Of a stretch of 64,000 nt of DNA, positions 21,121 through 30,135 are shown piece after piece. The translations under genes and the position numbers were made by a program. The DNA comes from Helicobacter cetorum (GTDB taxonomy: Bacteria > Campylobacterota > Campylobacteria > Campylobacterales > DZAY01), in assembly GCA_022729735.1 (NCBI GenBank), contig DZAY01000011.1, positions 5,066 through 69,065 on the forward strand, given 5' to 3'. Positions within the stretch are counted from its first letter, which is position 1; each line of letters begins with the position of its first letter. The notes under the pieces were generated by a model. It was given only the letters and a program-made list of their open reading frames with translations. It had not been told where the DNA came from and did no database searches.

Positions 21121-21780
21121 TTGATATTAGTAGAAGATTTAACAAAAATATATACGAATGGTTTTAAAGCTATTAGTGAAGTTAATTTTAATATTAATGA
21201 AAGTGGAATTTATACACTAAATGGAATTAGTGGAAGTGGAAAAAGCACAATTTTAACACTTTTGGCTGGATTTGATAAACCAACTTTTGGAAAAATAGAA
21301 ATTTTAGGAGAGTTTATATCTAAGCTTCCAGAACATCATATTTCAAAATTTAGATTACAAAACATAGGTTTTATATTTCAATCATTCAATCTATTTCAAG
21401 ATTTATCGGTTTATGATAATTTGCTAATACCTTTAATTCCTCTTAAATTAAAAAAATCAAAAGAGAAAGAGCTGATTTTTGAACTATTAACTAAATATAA
21501 TTTAATTTCAAAAAGTGAGCAGTTTATCAAAAATTTATCAGGTGGAGAACAGCAAAGAGTTGCAATAATTAGAGCTTTTATAAATAGACCCAAAATTATA
21601 TTAGCAGATGAGCCAACTGCTAATTTAGATTATAGTAATAAACTAATTTTTCTTGAAATGATAGAAGAGTTAAAAGAAGATAGAGTTATTTTGATTTCAA
21701 CACATGATGATATTTTTCAAAAAATAGATAAAGTTAGGAGTTTTAAAATAGAAAATGGAAAATTACAAACTATCAACTGA
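21121..21780 (+). CDS. ABC transporter ATP-binding protein (orphan)
   Basis: Walker A GISGSGKST, signature LSGGEQQRV, Walker B ILADEPT. Confidence 0.85.
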   Translation: MILVEDLTKIYTNGFKAISEVNFNINESGIYTLNGISGSGKSTILTLLAGFDKPTFGKIEILGEFISKLPEHHISKFRLQNIGFIFQSFNLFQDLSVYDNLLIPLIPLKLKKSKEKELIFELLTKYNLISKSEQFIKNLSGGEQQRVAIIRAFINRPKIILADEPTANLDYSNKLIFLEMIEELKEDRVILISTHDDIFQKIDKVRSFKIENGKLQTIN

Positions 21781-22405
21781 ACTTGAGATAGAGCAAATTA
21801 GGACTATTTTATTACAAAAATATAATAATCCAAAGACAGAGCTTGTTTATAAAAACCTTTATGAGCTTATAGTTTCTGTGATTTTATCTGCTCAATGCAC
21901 AGATAAAAGAGTAAATTTAATTACACCAAAACTCTTCAAAGAGTATCCAAAAATAGAAGATTTAGCAAATGCTAATTTAGACAGTGTAAAAGAGTTAATT
22001 AAAAGCTGTTCATATTTTAATAATAAAGCAAAAAATATTATTGAAATGGCAAAATCGGTTATAAATAGTTACGGTGGCAAAATACCACTTGAACAAAAAG
22101 AGTTAATAAAATTAGCTGGAGTTGGTATTAAAACTGCTAATGTTGTATTAATTGAGTATGACAATAGAAACTTAATGGCAGTTGATACTCATGTTTTTAG
22201 AGTTTCTCATAGATTGGGATTAACAAAAGCTAAAAATGTAAAAGATACTCAAAATGATTTAAGCGAAAAATTTAAAAGCGATTTAGCAAACTTACATCAG
22301 GCATTTGTACTATTTGGAAGATATATTTGCAAAGCTAAAAATCCAAGTTGTAATGACTGTTTTTTGGTAGAGTTTTGTAAAAGCAAAGGAAGTTTTAAGG
22401 CTTAA
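21755..22405 (+). CDS. nth: Endonuclease III
   Basis: HhH-GPD fold with a C-terminal 4Fe-4S cluster motif CKAKNPSCNDCFLVEFC. Confidence 0.9.
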   Translation: MENYKLSTELEIEQIRTILLQKYNNPKTELVYKNLYELIVSVILSAQCTDKRVNLITPKLFKEYPKIEDLANANLDSVKELIKSCSYFNNKAKNIIEMAKSVINSYGGKIPLEQKELIKLAGVGIKTANVVLIEYDNRNLMAVDTHVFRVSHRLGLTKAKNVKDTQNDLSEKFKSDLANLHQAFVLFGRYICKAKNPSCNDCFLVEFCKSKGSFKA

Positions 22406-23160
22406 CCTTTTCCAATTTCATTTGCTCTAATTGTCGCACATTCTACAGCCTTTATAAATGAAGACCTAATTGCAGAGTTTTCAAGTTCATAAATTGCTTT
22501 TGAAGTTGTTCCAGCAGGACTCATAACTTTTTCTTTTATAAATGTTGGGTGAATTTCATCTATTAATGGAGCAAAACTACTAAAAAGACCTTTAACTAAA
22601 CTCATACTATCATCTCTCTTTAGTCCCATTAATACTCCACCATCACATAGTGCTTCAGCCACAAGAGCTATCATTGCAGGACCACTACCAGCAATTGCTG
22701 TTGCAATATCTATCTCTTTTTCACTTTTTAAAATAACAGTTTTTCCAATATGATTAAATATCTCTTTTGATATATCTTCTGATTGGATACTATCAGCTAC
22801 AATAGCAGTTGTAGATTTTTGATAAATTGCAGATAAGTTTGGCATAGCTCTTGCATAATTTATTGATTTTATAATTTGCAATTTTTCTAATTTAACTCCA
22901 GCAAGTATAGAAATTAAGGTATTTGCACACCCTTTTAACTCTTTTGCAACATCACTTAGTGCAAATGGTTTTACACATAATAGAATATTTTTATTATCTA
23001 TATTAAAACCATTTAAAAGATAGTGTTTTATTTTAAACTCATCTGATATTGTTTGTAGTCTGCTTAAATCTCTTCCAACAACTTCTAATTCGTAATCTTT
23101 ATAAAGCCCATTTATAATGGCTTTTGCCATCTCTCCATTTCCAATGATTGTAACTTTCAC
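22402..23160 (-). CDS. proC: Pyrroline-5-carboxylate reductase
   Basis: N-terminal Rossmann fold and the C-terminal P5CR motif VMSPAGTTSKAI. Confidence 0.85.
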   Translation of the reverse strand: MKVTIIGNGEMAKAIINGLYKDYELEVVGRDLSRLQTISDEFKIKHYLLNGFNIDNKNILLCVKPFALSDVAKELKGCANTLISILAGVKLEKLQIIKSINYARAMPNLSAIYQKSTTAIVADSIQSEDISKEIFNHIGKTVILKSEKEIDIATAIAGSGPAMIALVAEALCDGGVLMGLKRDDSMSLVKGLFSSFAPLIDEIHPTFIKEKVMSPAGTTSKAIYELENSAIRSSFIKAVECATIRANEIGKG

Positions 23161-23164
23161 TAAA

Positions 23165-23551
23165 TCACTTTTTTATAAATTCAGAGATTGGTTCTGTAAT
23201 TCCAAAATCAGGATATTGAGAACTATCAAGCACTATTTGACCACAAATATTTTTATCTATATTAAATATAACAGGTGCTATGAAATTCACAGTAGAGTTT
23301 TCAATTGGTTTATGGACAATCATAATATTAAACACCAATACATTTGAACCTTCTTCTAAATCTAACATAGTTTTTGCAAATATAGGAATATCAAAACTAT
23401 ACTCTCTCAACACATAAGGATTAATAAGTGTAAATGATATATTTGCATCATTTATAACCTCTAATTTCATAAATACATCATCAATTTTAACAAGTCTTAC
23501 ATTTTGAATATTTTCAAAACCCAAAATAGGAAGTTTTACTTCAAATTCCAT
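23165..23551 (-). CDS. fliW: Flagellar assembly factor FliW
   Basis: 128 aa with an N-terminus typical of FliW (LPILGFENIQNVRL). Confidence 0.8.
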   Translation of the reverse strand: MEFEVKLPILGFENIQNVRLVKIDDVFMKLEVINDANISFTLINPYVLREYSFDIPIFAKTMLDLEEGSNVLVFNIMIVHKPIENSTVNFIAPVIFNIDKNICGQIVLDSSQYPDFGITEPISEFIKK

Positions 23552-23675
23552 ATAAATCCCTTTTTATCACAAAATAGTTGGGTGATTTTACCATCTATAA
23601 GCTAAAAAAGCAACTTTTTAAAGAACTTAGTGTAAAATTAAGCTATCTTAAAAAAGAATTAACTAAGGATTGTCT

Positions 23676-24302
23676 ATGCAAAAAATTGTGCTTTTTTTGA
23701 TAACTCTTTTTTTTATTGGATGTGCCGAAAAAGAGTTAGAATATAATAAACCTGCAATCTATTGGTATCAAAAAATTATAAAAGAGTGTGAAGGTGGCGA
23801 TTTGGAAATGGCGGATGACTATTTTGTATCACTAAAAAGTGAGCATATAAACTCTCCATTGATTAAAGAAGCGATGCTTATTTTAGCACAAGCTCATATG
23901 CAAGAAGAAGAGTATCTTTTAGCAAATTTCTACTTAGATGAGTTTATAAAAAGATATGGAGATAGTCAAAATATAGAGTTTGCAAAATTTTTAAAAATAA
24001 GGGCAAATTTTTTATCTTTTAAACTTCCATATAGAGACCAATTATTATTAAGTGATACAATAAAAGAAGCGAGAGAGTTTATAAATTTATATCCAAATTC
24101 AAATTATCGCCAATTAGTTGATACAATACTTACAAAAATGGAGCTTTCACAAGTTCTATTTAATAAAGAGATAGCAAGACTTTATAATAAATTGGATAAG
24201 AGTTATGCAAGTGAATATTATATGTCAAAAATTGATAGCTATTGGAGTGAAATAGAGATAGTTCCACCATCTGTTGGAATTGTTAGAAATTTATTTGAAT
24301 AG
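23676..24302 (+). CDS. bamD: Outer membrane protein assembly factor BamD (ComL-type lipoprotein)
   Basis: Lipobox LFFIGC and TPR-like helices. I prefer the ATG at 23676 (AAGGA lies 6 nt upstream) over the TTG at 23670 in the track. Confidence 0.7.
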   Translation: MQKIVLFLITLFFIGCAEKELEYNKPAIYWYQKIIKECEGGDLEMADDYFVSLKSEHINSPLIKEAMLILAQAHMQEEEYLLANFYLDEFIKRYGDSQNIEFAKFLKIRANFLSFKLPYRDQLLLSDTIKEAREFINLYPNSNYRQLVDTILTKMELSQVLFNKEIARLYNKLDKSYASEYYMSKIDSYWSEIEIVPPSVGIVRNLFE

Positions 24303-24313
24303 AGGAATTTATT

Positions 24314-27193
24314 GTGAATATTAAAAGAAGAGCTATAACTCTAATGATGGTTATTATTGCATCAATTAGTGTTATATTTGGATATTTTCATATTGAACAC
24401 TCTCATAAAGGGTTGATTGATGATATTGAATATAAAAAAGATATTTTGAGAAGATTTTTTATAGAGTTAGAGAGTGAAAATAGAAAAAAGCTCACTGTAT
24501 TTGCTGATGATATATTATTAAATAGTGATGTTATCAATAGTTTTGCAACTGGTGATAGAGAAAATTTATATGAGATATTAAGTCCAATTTATAAAAATAA
24601 TTTAAATAATGGAATAGAGTTAATATCATTTATAAATAGTGATGGTTCGCATTTTTTGAGAGTTCATGCCAAAGATAGATTTGGTGATAATATATCACAA
24701 CTTAGAACAATAATTGATTACTCAATAAAAAAAAGAGAAATTGTAAGTGCTTATGATGTAACACTTTATGATATAAGTTATCTCATAATGTATCCTGTTT
24801 ATGATGGTGAAAACTTCCTTGGAATACTGCAAATTGGAAGTAAAGTTACACATTTAATTGATACTATTTACTCTATGCTAAATATAAAAAGTGCCATATT
24901 TTTTAAGCAACATTTAACAAATAGATTACTTGCTAAACATAAAACTATTGTAGTTGATGGATATGAGCTTGTAAATTCTAATGATGAGTTTTTTAATAAT
25001 CTTCCAAAAGATTTTTCAATAGATACAAAAGAGTATGAAAAAAATGGTCAAACTTTTATGTTTGATAGTTTTAATATCAAAGATTACAAAGGTGAAATAA
25101 TTGCAAAAATACTATTTGCAACAGATATAAGTGAATATGTAGAAGAGTTAAATGATGATGTTATAAAAATAGTGGCTACACTTTTAATTGCACTTATTAT
25201 TATATATTTTGTATTAAATATTAGCTTTAATAGACTTCTATTATATATTACACAAAAGAGTGAAGAGCTAAGAGAGAGTCAAGAGCGATATAAACAGCTG
25301 TTTGAAAATAATCAATCTATAAGTTTATTAATAGATAAAAATTTAAATATTATTGATGCTAATTACTCTGCTTGTAGATTTTATGGTTATTCAAAAGCAG
25401 AACTTTTAAAAATAGGATTTGATAAATTACTGAAAAACAGAGATGATTTTGAAAATAAGCGATGGTTATCTGAATATGAAATAGAGCAAATTCTCAAAAA
25501 TGGAGAAGATAGAGATGTGGAAATTTATAGTGGATTGATAGAAATAAATCAAACTATGTGTGATTTCTTGATAATTCATGATATTACAGATAAAAATATT
25601 GCAAAAAAGATAGCTCTTGATAAACAGATGGAGATAGAGTCGCTTCTCAAAAAAGAGCGATATATTATGAGAATTCTTAGAACTGTTGCAGATGTAAATG
25701 AGTATTTAATTGTTTCAAAAACTGTTGATGAATTGGTAAAAAATAGTTGTGATAGAATTGTAGAACATGGTGATTATGTATTTTGTTGGATTGGGACAAT
25801 TAATAGTGGTGGTGATTTAGAAGTTCTATATCAAACACATAAAGATGATTATCTCCCAACAAATATTATATCTCTAAAAGAGGGTTCAACATATTATAAA
25901 ACTCCAGCAGTTCAAGCAATAATTCATAATGAACCAATTCTTTTAGAAGACCTCGATGAAGATTTTTATACTCCATTAGATAAAAATATCAAAGATAAAT
26001 TTAAATCTATAATTTCTCTTCCACTTCGAGCTAATAATTTTGAAAAACCATTTGGAGTTTTAGTTATATATTCAGAAAATGATTCTGGTTTTAGCACTCA
26101 AGAGATTGTAATGCTTAGAGAGTTGGCTGGTGATATAGGATTTGCAGCAGATTCTTATAAACAAAAAGAGCAACTATTTAAATTAGAAGAAGAAAAAATC
26201 AAAAACTATGCTAATTTAGTTGATACATTTGTAGATTTTATTGAAAGACGAGATACTTATACAGCAGGACATACAAGAAGAGTTGCAAATTATTGCGAAA
26301 TGATAGCTTTGAAAATGGGTTATTCACAAGATGATATAAGAAAATTAAAACTCGCTTCAAATCTTCATGATATTGGAAAAATTGTAACACCAGATTCTAT
26401 TCTTTTAAAACCTGGGACATTAAATGAAGTTGAGTATAATCTAATTAAAATGCATGCCTTTACGGGTTATGAAATGCTTAGTCGAGTCGATATGTATAGA
26501 GACTTAGCCGAAATTATGAGAGACCATCACGAAAAATATGATGGAAGTGGTTATCCACGAGGATTAAAGGGTGATGAGATATATGAGTTATCAAGAATTA
26601 TGATAGTTGCAGATGCCTTTGATGCTATGACAACAAATAGAATTTACAAAGGCAGAAAAAGTATAGATATTGCATTAGAAGAGCTGAAATCTTTGAGTGG
26701 AAGTTGGTATCATCCAGAAGTTGTAGAAGTGGCTTTAGAAGTCCTAAAAGATGTAAAACTTGATACTACAATTAGTCAAATGCCAATTTCAGAAATAGAA
26801 AATGAGAGATTTTCTTATTTTTTCAAAGACCAATTAACATCTCTATTTAATGATGATTATTTATATTTAATGTTGCAAAAAGAGGAAGTAGCTAAATATT
26901 TATATACAATTAAAATTAAAAATTTCACAAACTTCAATAAAAGTTATGGTTGGGTTGAAGGAAATAGAGTATTAAAAGAGTTTGGATTGTATCTAAAAAA
27001 TATGTTAGAAGAAAATTTAATTTTTAGAATACATGGTGATGATTATTTGGTTTTAACATCAAACGAGCTTGATTTATCTAATTTGGATATTTCACATATT
27101 ACAAAAGATAGTAATATATATTTAGATATAAACAGAATAGAACTCTCAAATAAAGACTTTAAACATATTGAAAAACTTGTGCAGGAGTTATAA
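24314..27193 (+). CDS. Membrane sensor with periplasmic Cache-like domain, PAS, GAF, HD-GYP phosphodiesterase and a degenerate GGDEF-like tail
   Basis: HD-GYP motifs HTRRVANY, NLHDIGK and HHEKYDGSGYPRGL. The C-terminal segment reads RIHGDDYLVL in place of GGDEF. Confidence 0.85.
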   Translation: MNIKRRAITLMMVIIASISVIFGYFHIEHSHKGLIDDIEYKKDILRRFFIELESENRKKLTVFADDILLNSDVINSFATGDRENLYEILSPIYKNNLNNGIELISFINSDGSHFLRVHAKDRFGDNISQLRTIIDYSIKKREIVSAYDVTLYDISYLIMYPVYDGENFLGILQIGSKVTHLIDTIYSMLNIKSAIFFKQHLTNRLLAKHKTIVVDGYELVNSNDEFFNNLPKDFSIDTKEYEKNGQTFMFDSFNIKDYKGEIIAKILFATDISEYVEELNDDVIKIVATLLIALIIIYFVLNISFNRLLLYITQKSEELRESQERYKQLFENNQSISLLIDKNLNIIDANYSACRFYGYSKAELLKIGFDKLLKNRDDFENKRWLSEYEIEQILKNGEDRDVEIYSGLIEINQTMCDFLIIHDITDKNIAKKIALDKQMEIESLLKKERYIMRILRTVADVNEYLIVSKTVDELVKNSCDRIVEHGDYVFCWIGTINSGGDLEVLYQTHKDDYLPTNIISLKEGSTYYKTPAVQAIIHNEPILLEDLDEDFYTPLDKNIKDKFKSIISLPLRANNFEKPFGVLVIYSENDSGFSTQEIVMLRELAGDIGFAADSYKQKEQLFKLEEEKIKNYANLVDTFVDFIERRDTYTAGHTRRVANYCEMIALKMGYSQDDIRKLKLASNLHDIGKIVTPDSILLKPGTLNEVEYNLIKMHAFTGYEMLSRVDMYRDLAEIMRDHHEKYDGSGYPRGLKGDEIYELSRIMIVADAFDAMTTNRIYKGRKSIDIALEELKSLSGSWYHPEVVEVALEVLKDVKLDTTISQMPISEIENERFSYFFKDQLTSLFNDDYLYLMLQKEEVAKYLYTIKIKNFTNFNKSYGWVEGNRVLKEFGLYLKNMLEENLIFRIHGDDYLVLTSNELDLSNLDISHITKDSNIYLDINRIELSNKDFKHIEKLVQEL

Positions 27194-28489
27194 ATGTTAG
27201 ATGGATTAGAGTATTTACAAAGAGTTAGAGTTTTATATGTTGATGATGATGAAACAATTTTGGGACTTTTAATAGATTTTTTAAAAACTAAAGTCAAAGA
27301 GGTCTATTATGCTAACAATGGTGAAGATGGCTTAAAACTATTTTATGATAAAAAACCAGATGTAATAATTTCAGATATTGAAATGCCTATATTAAATGGT
27401 ATTGAAATGGTGAAAAAAATTAGAGAAACTAATGATAAAATTCCTGTAATATTTACAACAGCACATAATGATACAAACTATTTACTAACTGCTATTGAGC
27501 TTAGAATTAGATGTTTTATTACAAAACCAGTGAGAACCAAAAAACTATTAGAACATTTAATAGATATTTCAAAAAATATCTGTTTAGAAGAAGAGATTAA
27601 AGAAAAAAATAGTCTATTAAATGAGTATAAAAATATAATAGATATTAGTTCGGCTGTCTTAAAAAGTGATAAGAGTTTTATAATTGAGTATGTAAATGAT
27701 ATATTTTTGGAAGTTTCAGGATATGAAAGATATGAGTGTATTGGAGCAAGATTTGAAATTTTTGTAAGTGAAAGTTATAAAACGATTTTGCAAAATATAT
27801 ATACAACTCTTATAAATAAAGAGATTTGGAAAGGTATTTTGGAAAATAAAACTAAAAGTGGTGATATATATTATGTAGATATCGTAACTGCTCCAATATT
27901 AAATCAATATGGTGAAATTAGTGAATTTATATTTTTGATGCATGATATTACAGAATCTGTAAAAATCAAAAAAGCTCTACAAGAAGATAGAGAAAAGTTT
28001 GAAATACTTGCCACAACTGATATGCTAACAAAAATTTTTAATAGATTTAAATTCAATCAAATTGCAGATATGGAAATGGATAAGGTTAAGCGATATGGAA
28101 ACCCACTATCTTTAATTATGTTTGACATTGACCATTTTAAAATGGTCAATGATGATTATGGACATCAAGTGGGTGATTATGTATTAAAAGAGTTATCAAA
28201 AATTGTTCAAAAGTCTATTAGAAATTTTGATATTTTAGCAAGATGGGGAGGAGAAGAGTTTGTAATACTCTCACCAGAAACACACTTAGATGATGCTTAT
28301 ATATTAGCAGATAGAATAAGAGTTACAATTTTTGAACACCAATTTAAATATGTAAAAAATATCACTTGTAGTTTTGGAGTTACAGAATTTAAAGATGGAG
28401 ATAGCTTAGATTTGCTTACCAAAAGAGCTGATATTGCACTATATAGAGCAAAAGAGCTTGGCAGAAATAGAGTTGAAAAAGAGATTTGA
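27194..28489 (+). CDS. Response regulator diguanylate cyclase (REC-PAS-GGDEF)
   Basis: REC is VIISDIEMP. The GGDEF domain has an intact GGEEF and an RxxD I-site (RNFDILARWGGEEF). The start abuts the upstream stop. Confidence 0.9.
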   Translation: MLDGLEYLQRVRVLYVDDDETILGLLIDFLKTKVKEVYYANNGEDGLKLFYDKKPDVIISDIEMPILNGIEMVKKIRETNDKIPVIFTTAHNDTNYLLTAIELRIRCFITKPVRTKKLLEHLIDISKNICLEEEIKEKNSLLNEYKNIIDISSAVLKSDKSFIIEYVNDIFLEVSGYERYECIGARFEIFVSESYKTILQNIYTTLINKEIWKGILENKTKSGDIYYVDIVTAPILNQYGEISEFIFLMHDITESVKIKKALQEDREKFEILATTDMLTKIFNRFKFNQIADMEMDKVKRYGNPLSLIMFDIDHFKMVNDDYGHQVGDYVLKELSKIVQKSIRNFDILARWGGEEFVILSPETHLDDAYILADRIRVTIFEHQFKYVKNITCSFGVTEFKDGDSLDLLTKRADIALYRAKELGRNRVEKEI

Positions 28490-29245
28490 TTGGATAAAAA
28501 AGAGGTTTATGAAATAATTGATATTTCTCTTTTTTGTGGTAGATTACTACTTCAATATGGAGCAGAAACTAAAAGTGTAGAAGATACAGTAAAAGCAATT
28601 AGCTCAAATTTAGGATTAGCAAATCCAGTAGTTGTTGTGCTTCCATACTCTATACTTATTACAATCAATTATAATGGTGAGTTTTTTACAAAAATAGATA
28701 GAGCAGAGCGACAAGAAGTAAATTTTAAAGTTTTAAGTGAAATTTACACAATTTATAAAGATATTGAAAATGGAAACAGTTTAAATAGAACAAAAATTCT
28801 TTCTCGTCTTAGACATATTCACATACTTCATAAAAGTTATCCAAAATGGTTAATGGTTTTAGCTGGTGGTTTTGCTTGTTCTGCTTTATCAATTATATTT
28901 GGAGCTAATTTTATTGAAATTTTTATCACATTTATTGCTTCAATTATAGGACTTTCTGCAAGATTTTATCTTCATACAAAACATTTAAATCCATTTTTAG
29001 TAGTTGTAATTGCATCATTTATAAGCTCTTTAATTGCTCTATATTTTGTGCAAATCACTCATAGCTCAAACATTCCAATTACAAGCTCAATTCTTTTTTT
29101 AGTTCCAGGAGTTCCACTAATAAACTCTGCTGAAGATTTAATAAAAGGACATTTTATAAATGCTCTCTCAAGAGGTATAAGAGGATTTTTAGTTACACTT
29201 GGAATTGCTATTGGAATAGTTATTAGCACATCTTTATTAAATTAA
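28490..29245 (+). CDS. Threonine/serine exporter (ThrE, DUF1212) family membrane protein
   Basis: Soluble N-terminal half plus five TM helices, matching the ThrE family layout. Confidence 0.7.
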   Translation: MDKKEVYEIIDISLFCGRLLLQYGAETKSVEDTVKAISSNLGLANPVVVVLPYSILITINYNGEFFTKIDRAERQEVNFKVLSEIYTIYKDIENGNSLNRTKILSRLRHIHILHKSYPKWLMVLAGGFACSALSIIFGANFIEIFITFIASIIGLSARFYLHTKHLNPFLVVVIASFISSLIALYFVQITHSSNIPITSSILFLVPGVPLINSAEDLIKGHFINALSRGIRGFLVTLGIAIGIVISTSLLN

Positions 29246-30135
29246 AAATTTTCCCAACTTAAAACTACTCTATTTTTACCGCTACTTTTTGCTTGATAGA
29301 GAGCCATATCAGCTTTTCTAAGTAAAGCATCAATATCAGTTACAGTTTTATCTTTTTTTGAAATACCACCACTAATTGTAAATCTTATCTCTTCATCATC
29401 TACTAACAATCTGACATTTTCTATCTTTTCTCTACAATCTTCAACTCTTTTAGCAACACTACAATCTTCTAAATTGCTACATAAAATAACAAATTCTTCA
29501 CCACCAATTCTACCAAATATCGCACTATCTAAAATATTTTCACTAATTGTATTTGCAACGGCTTTTATAACCTTATCACCAACTTCATGACCATAAGTAT
29601 CATTAATTTTTTTGAAATTATCAATATCAATCATGACAGCAAATAGATTTCCATCTTTATTTAAATTAAACAGAGTTGTTCCTAATTCAAAAAACTTTCT
29701 TCGGTTATAAATTCCAGTTAGTGTATCTCGTGAAGCTAAAAAATCTAAACTTTTAATAAGTCTTCTAATATTTAAATGTGTTCTAACTCTTGCAAATAGT
29801 GCTTGAGGCATAAATGGTTTTGTTACATAATCGGCTCCACCAACTTCAAAACCTCTAATAATTGAACTCTCTTCAGATTTTGCTGTTAAAAATAGCACAG
29901 GAATATCTCGATTTTTTTCCATACTTTTTATAATTTTACAAGTTTCATATCCATCAATTCCAGCCATCATAATATCAAGTAGTATCAAATCAAAATTCTC
30001 ATTTTTTACCATTTCAATCGCTCTTTCTCCACTCAAAGCAACTGCTATCTCATAATCATCTCCAAGTAATTCAACTAATATATCTATATTTTGAGGACTA
30101 TCATCAACTATTAAAATACTGTCTCTATTTTCCAT
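29242..30135 (-). CDS. Response regulator diguanylate cyclase (REC-GGDEF)
   Basis: ILIVDDSPQN, LILLDIMMAGIDG and GRIGGEEFVIL, with no RxxD I-site at the canonical spacing. Confidence 0.9.
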   Translation of the reverse strand: MENRDSILIVDDSPQNIDILVELLGDDYEIAVALSGERAIEMVKNENFDLILLDIMMAGIDGYETCKIIKSMEKNRDIPVLFLTAKSEESSIIRGFEVGGADYVTKPFMPQALFARVRTHLNIRRLIKSLDFLASRDTLTGIYNRRKFFELGTTLFNLNKDGNLFAVMIDIDNFKKINDTYGHEVGDKVIKAVANTISENILDSAIFGRIGGEEFVILCSNLEDCSVAKRVEDCREKIENVRLLVDDEEIRFTISGGISKKDKTVTDIDALLRKADMALYQAKSSGKNRVVLSWENF

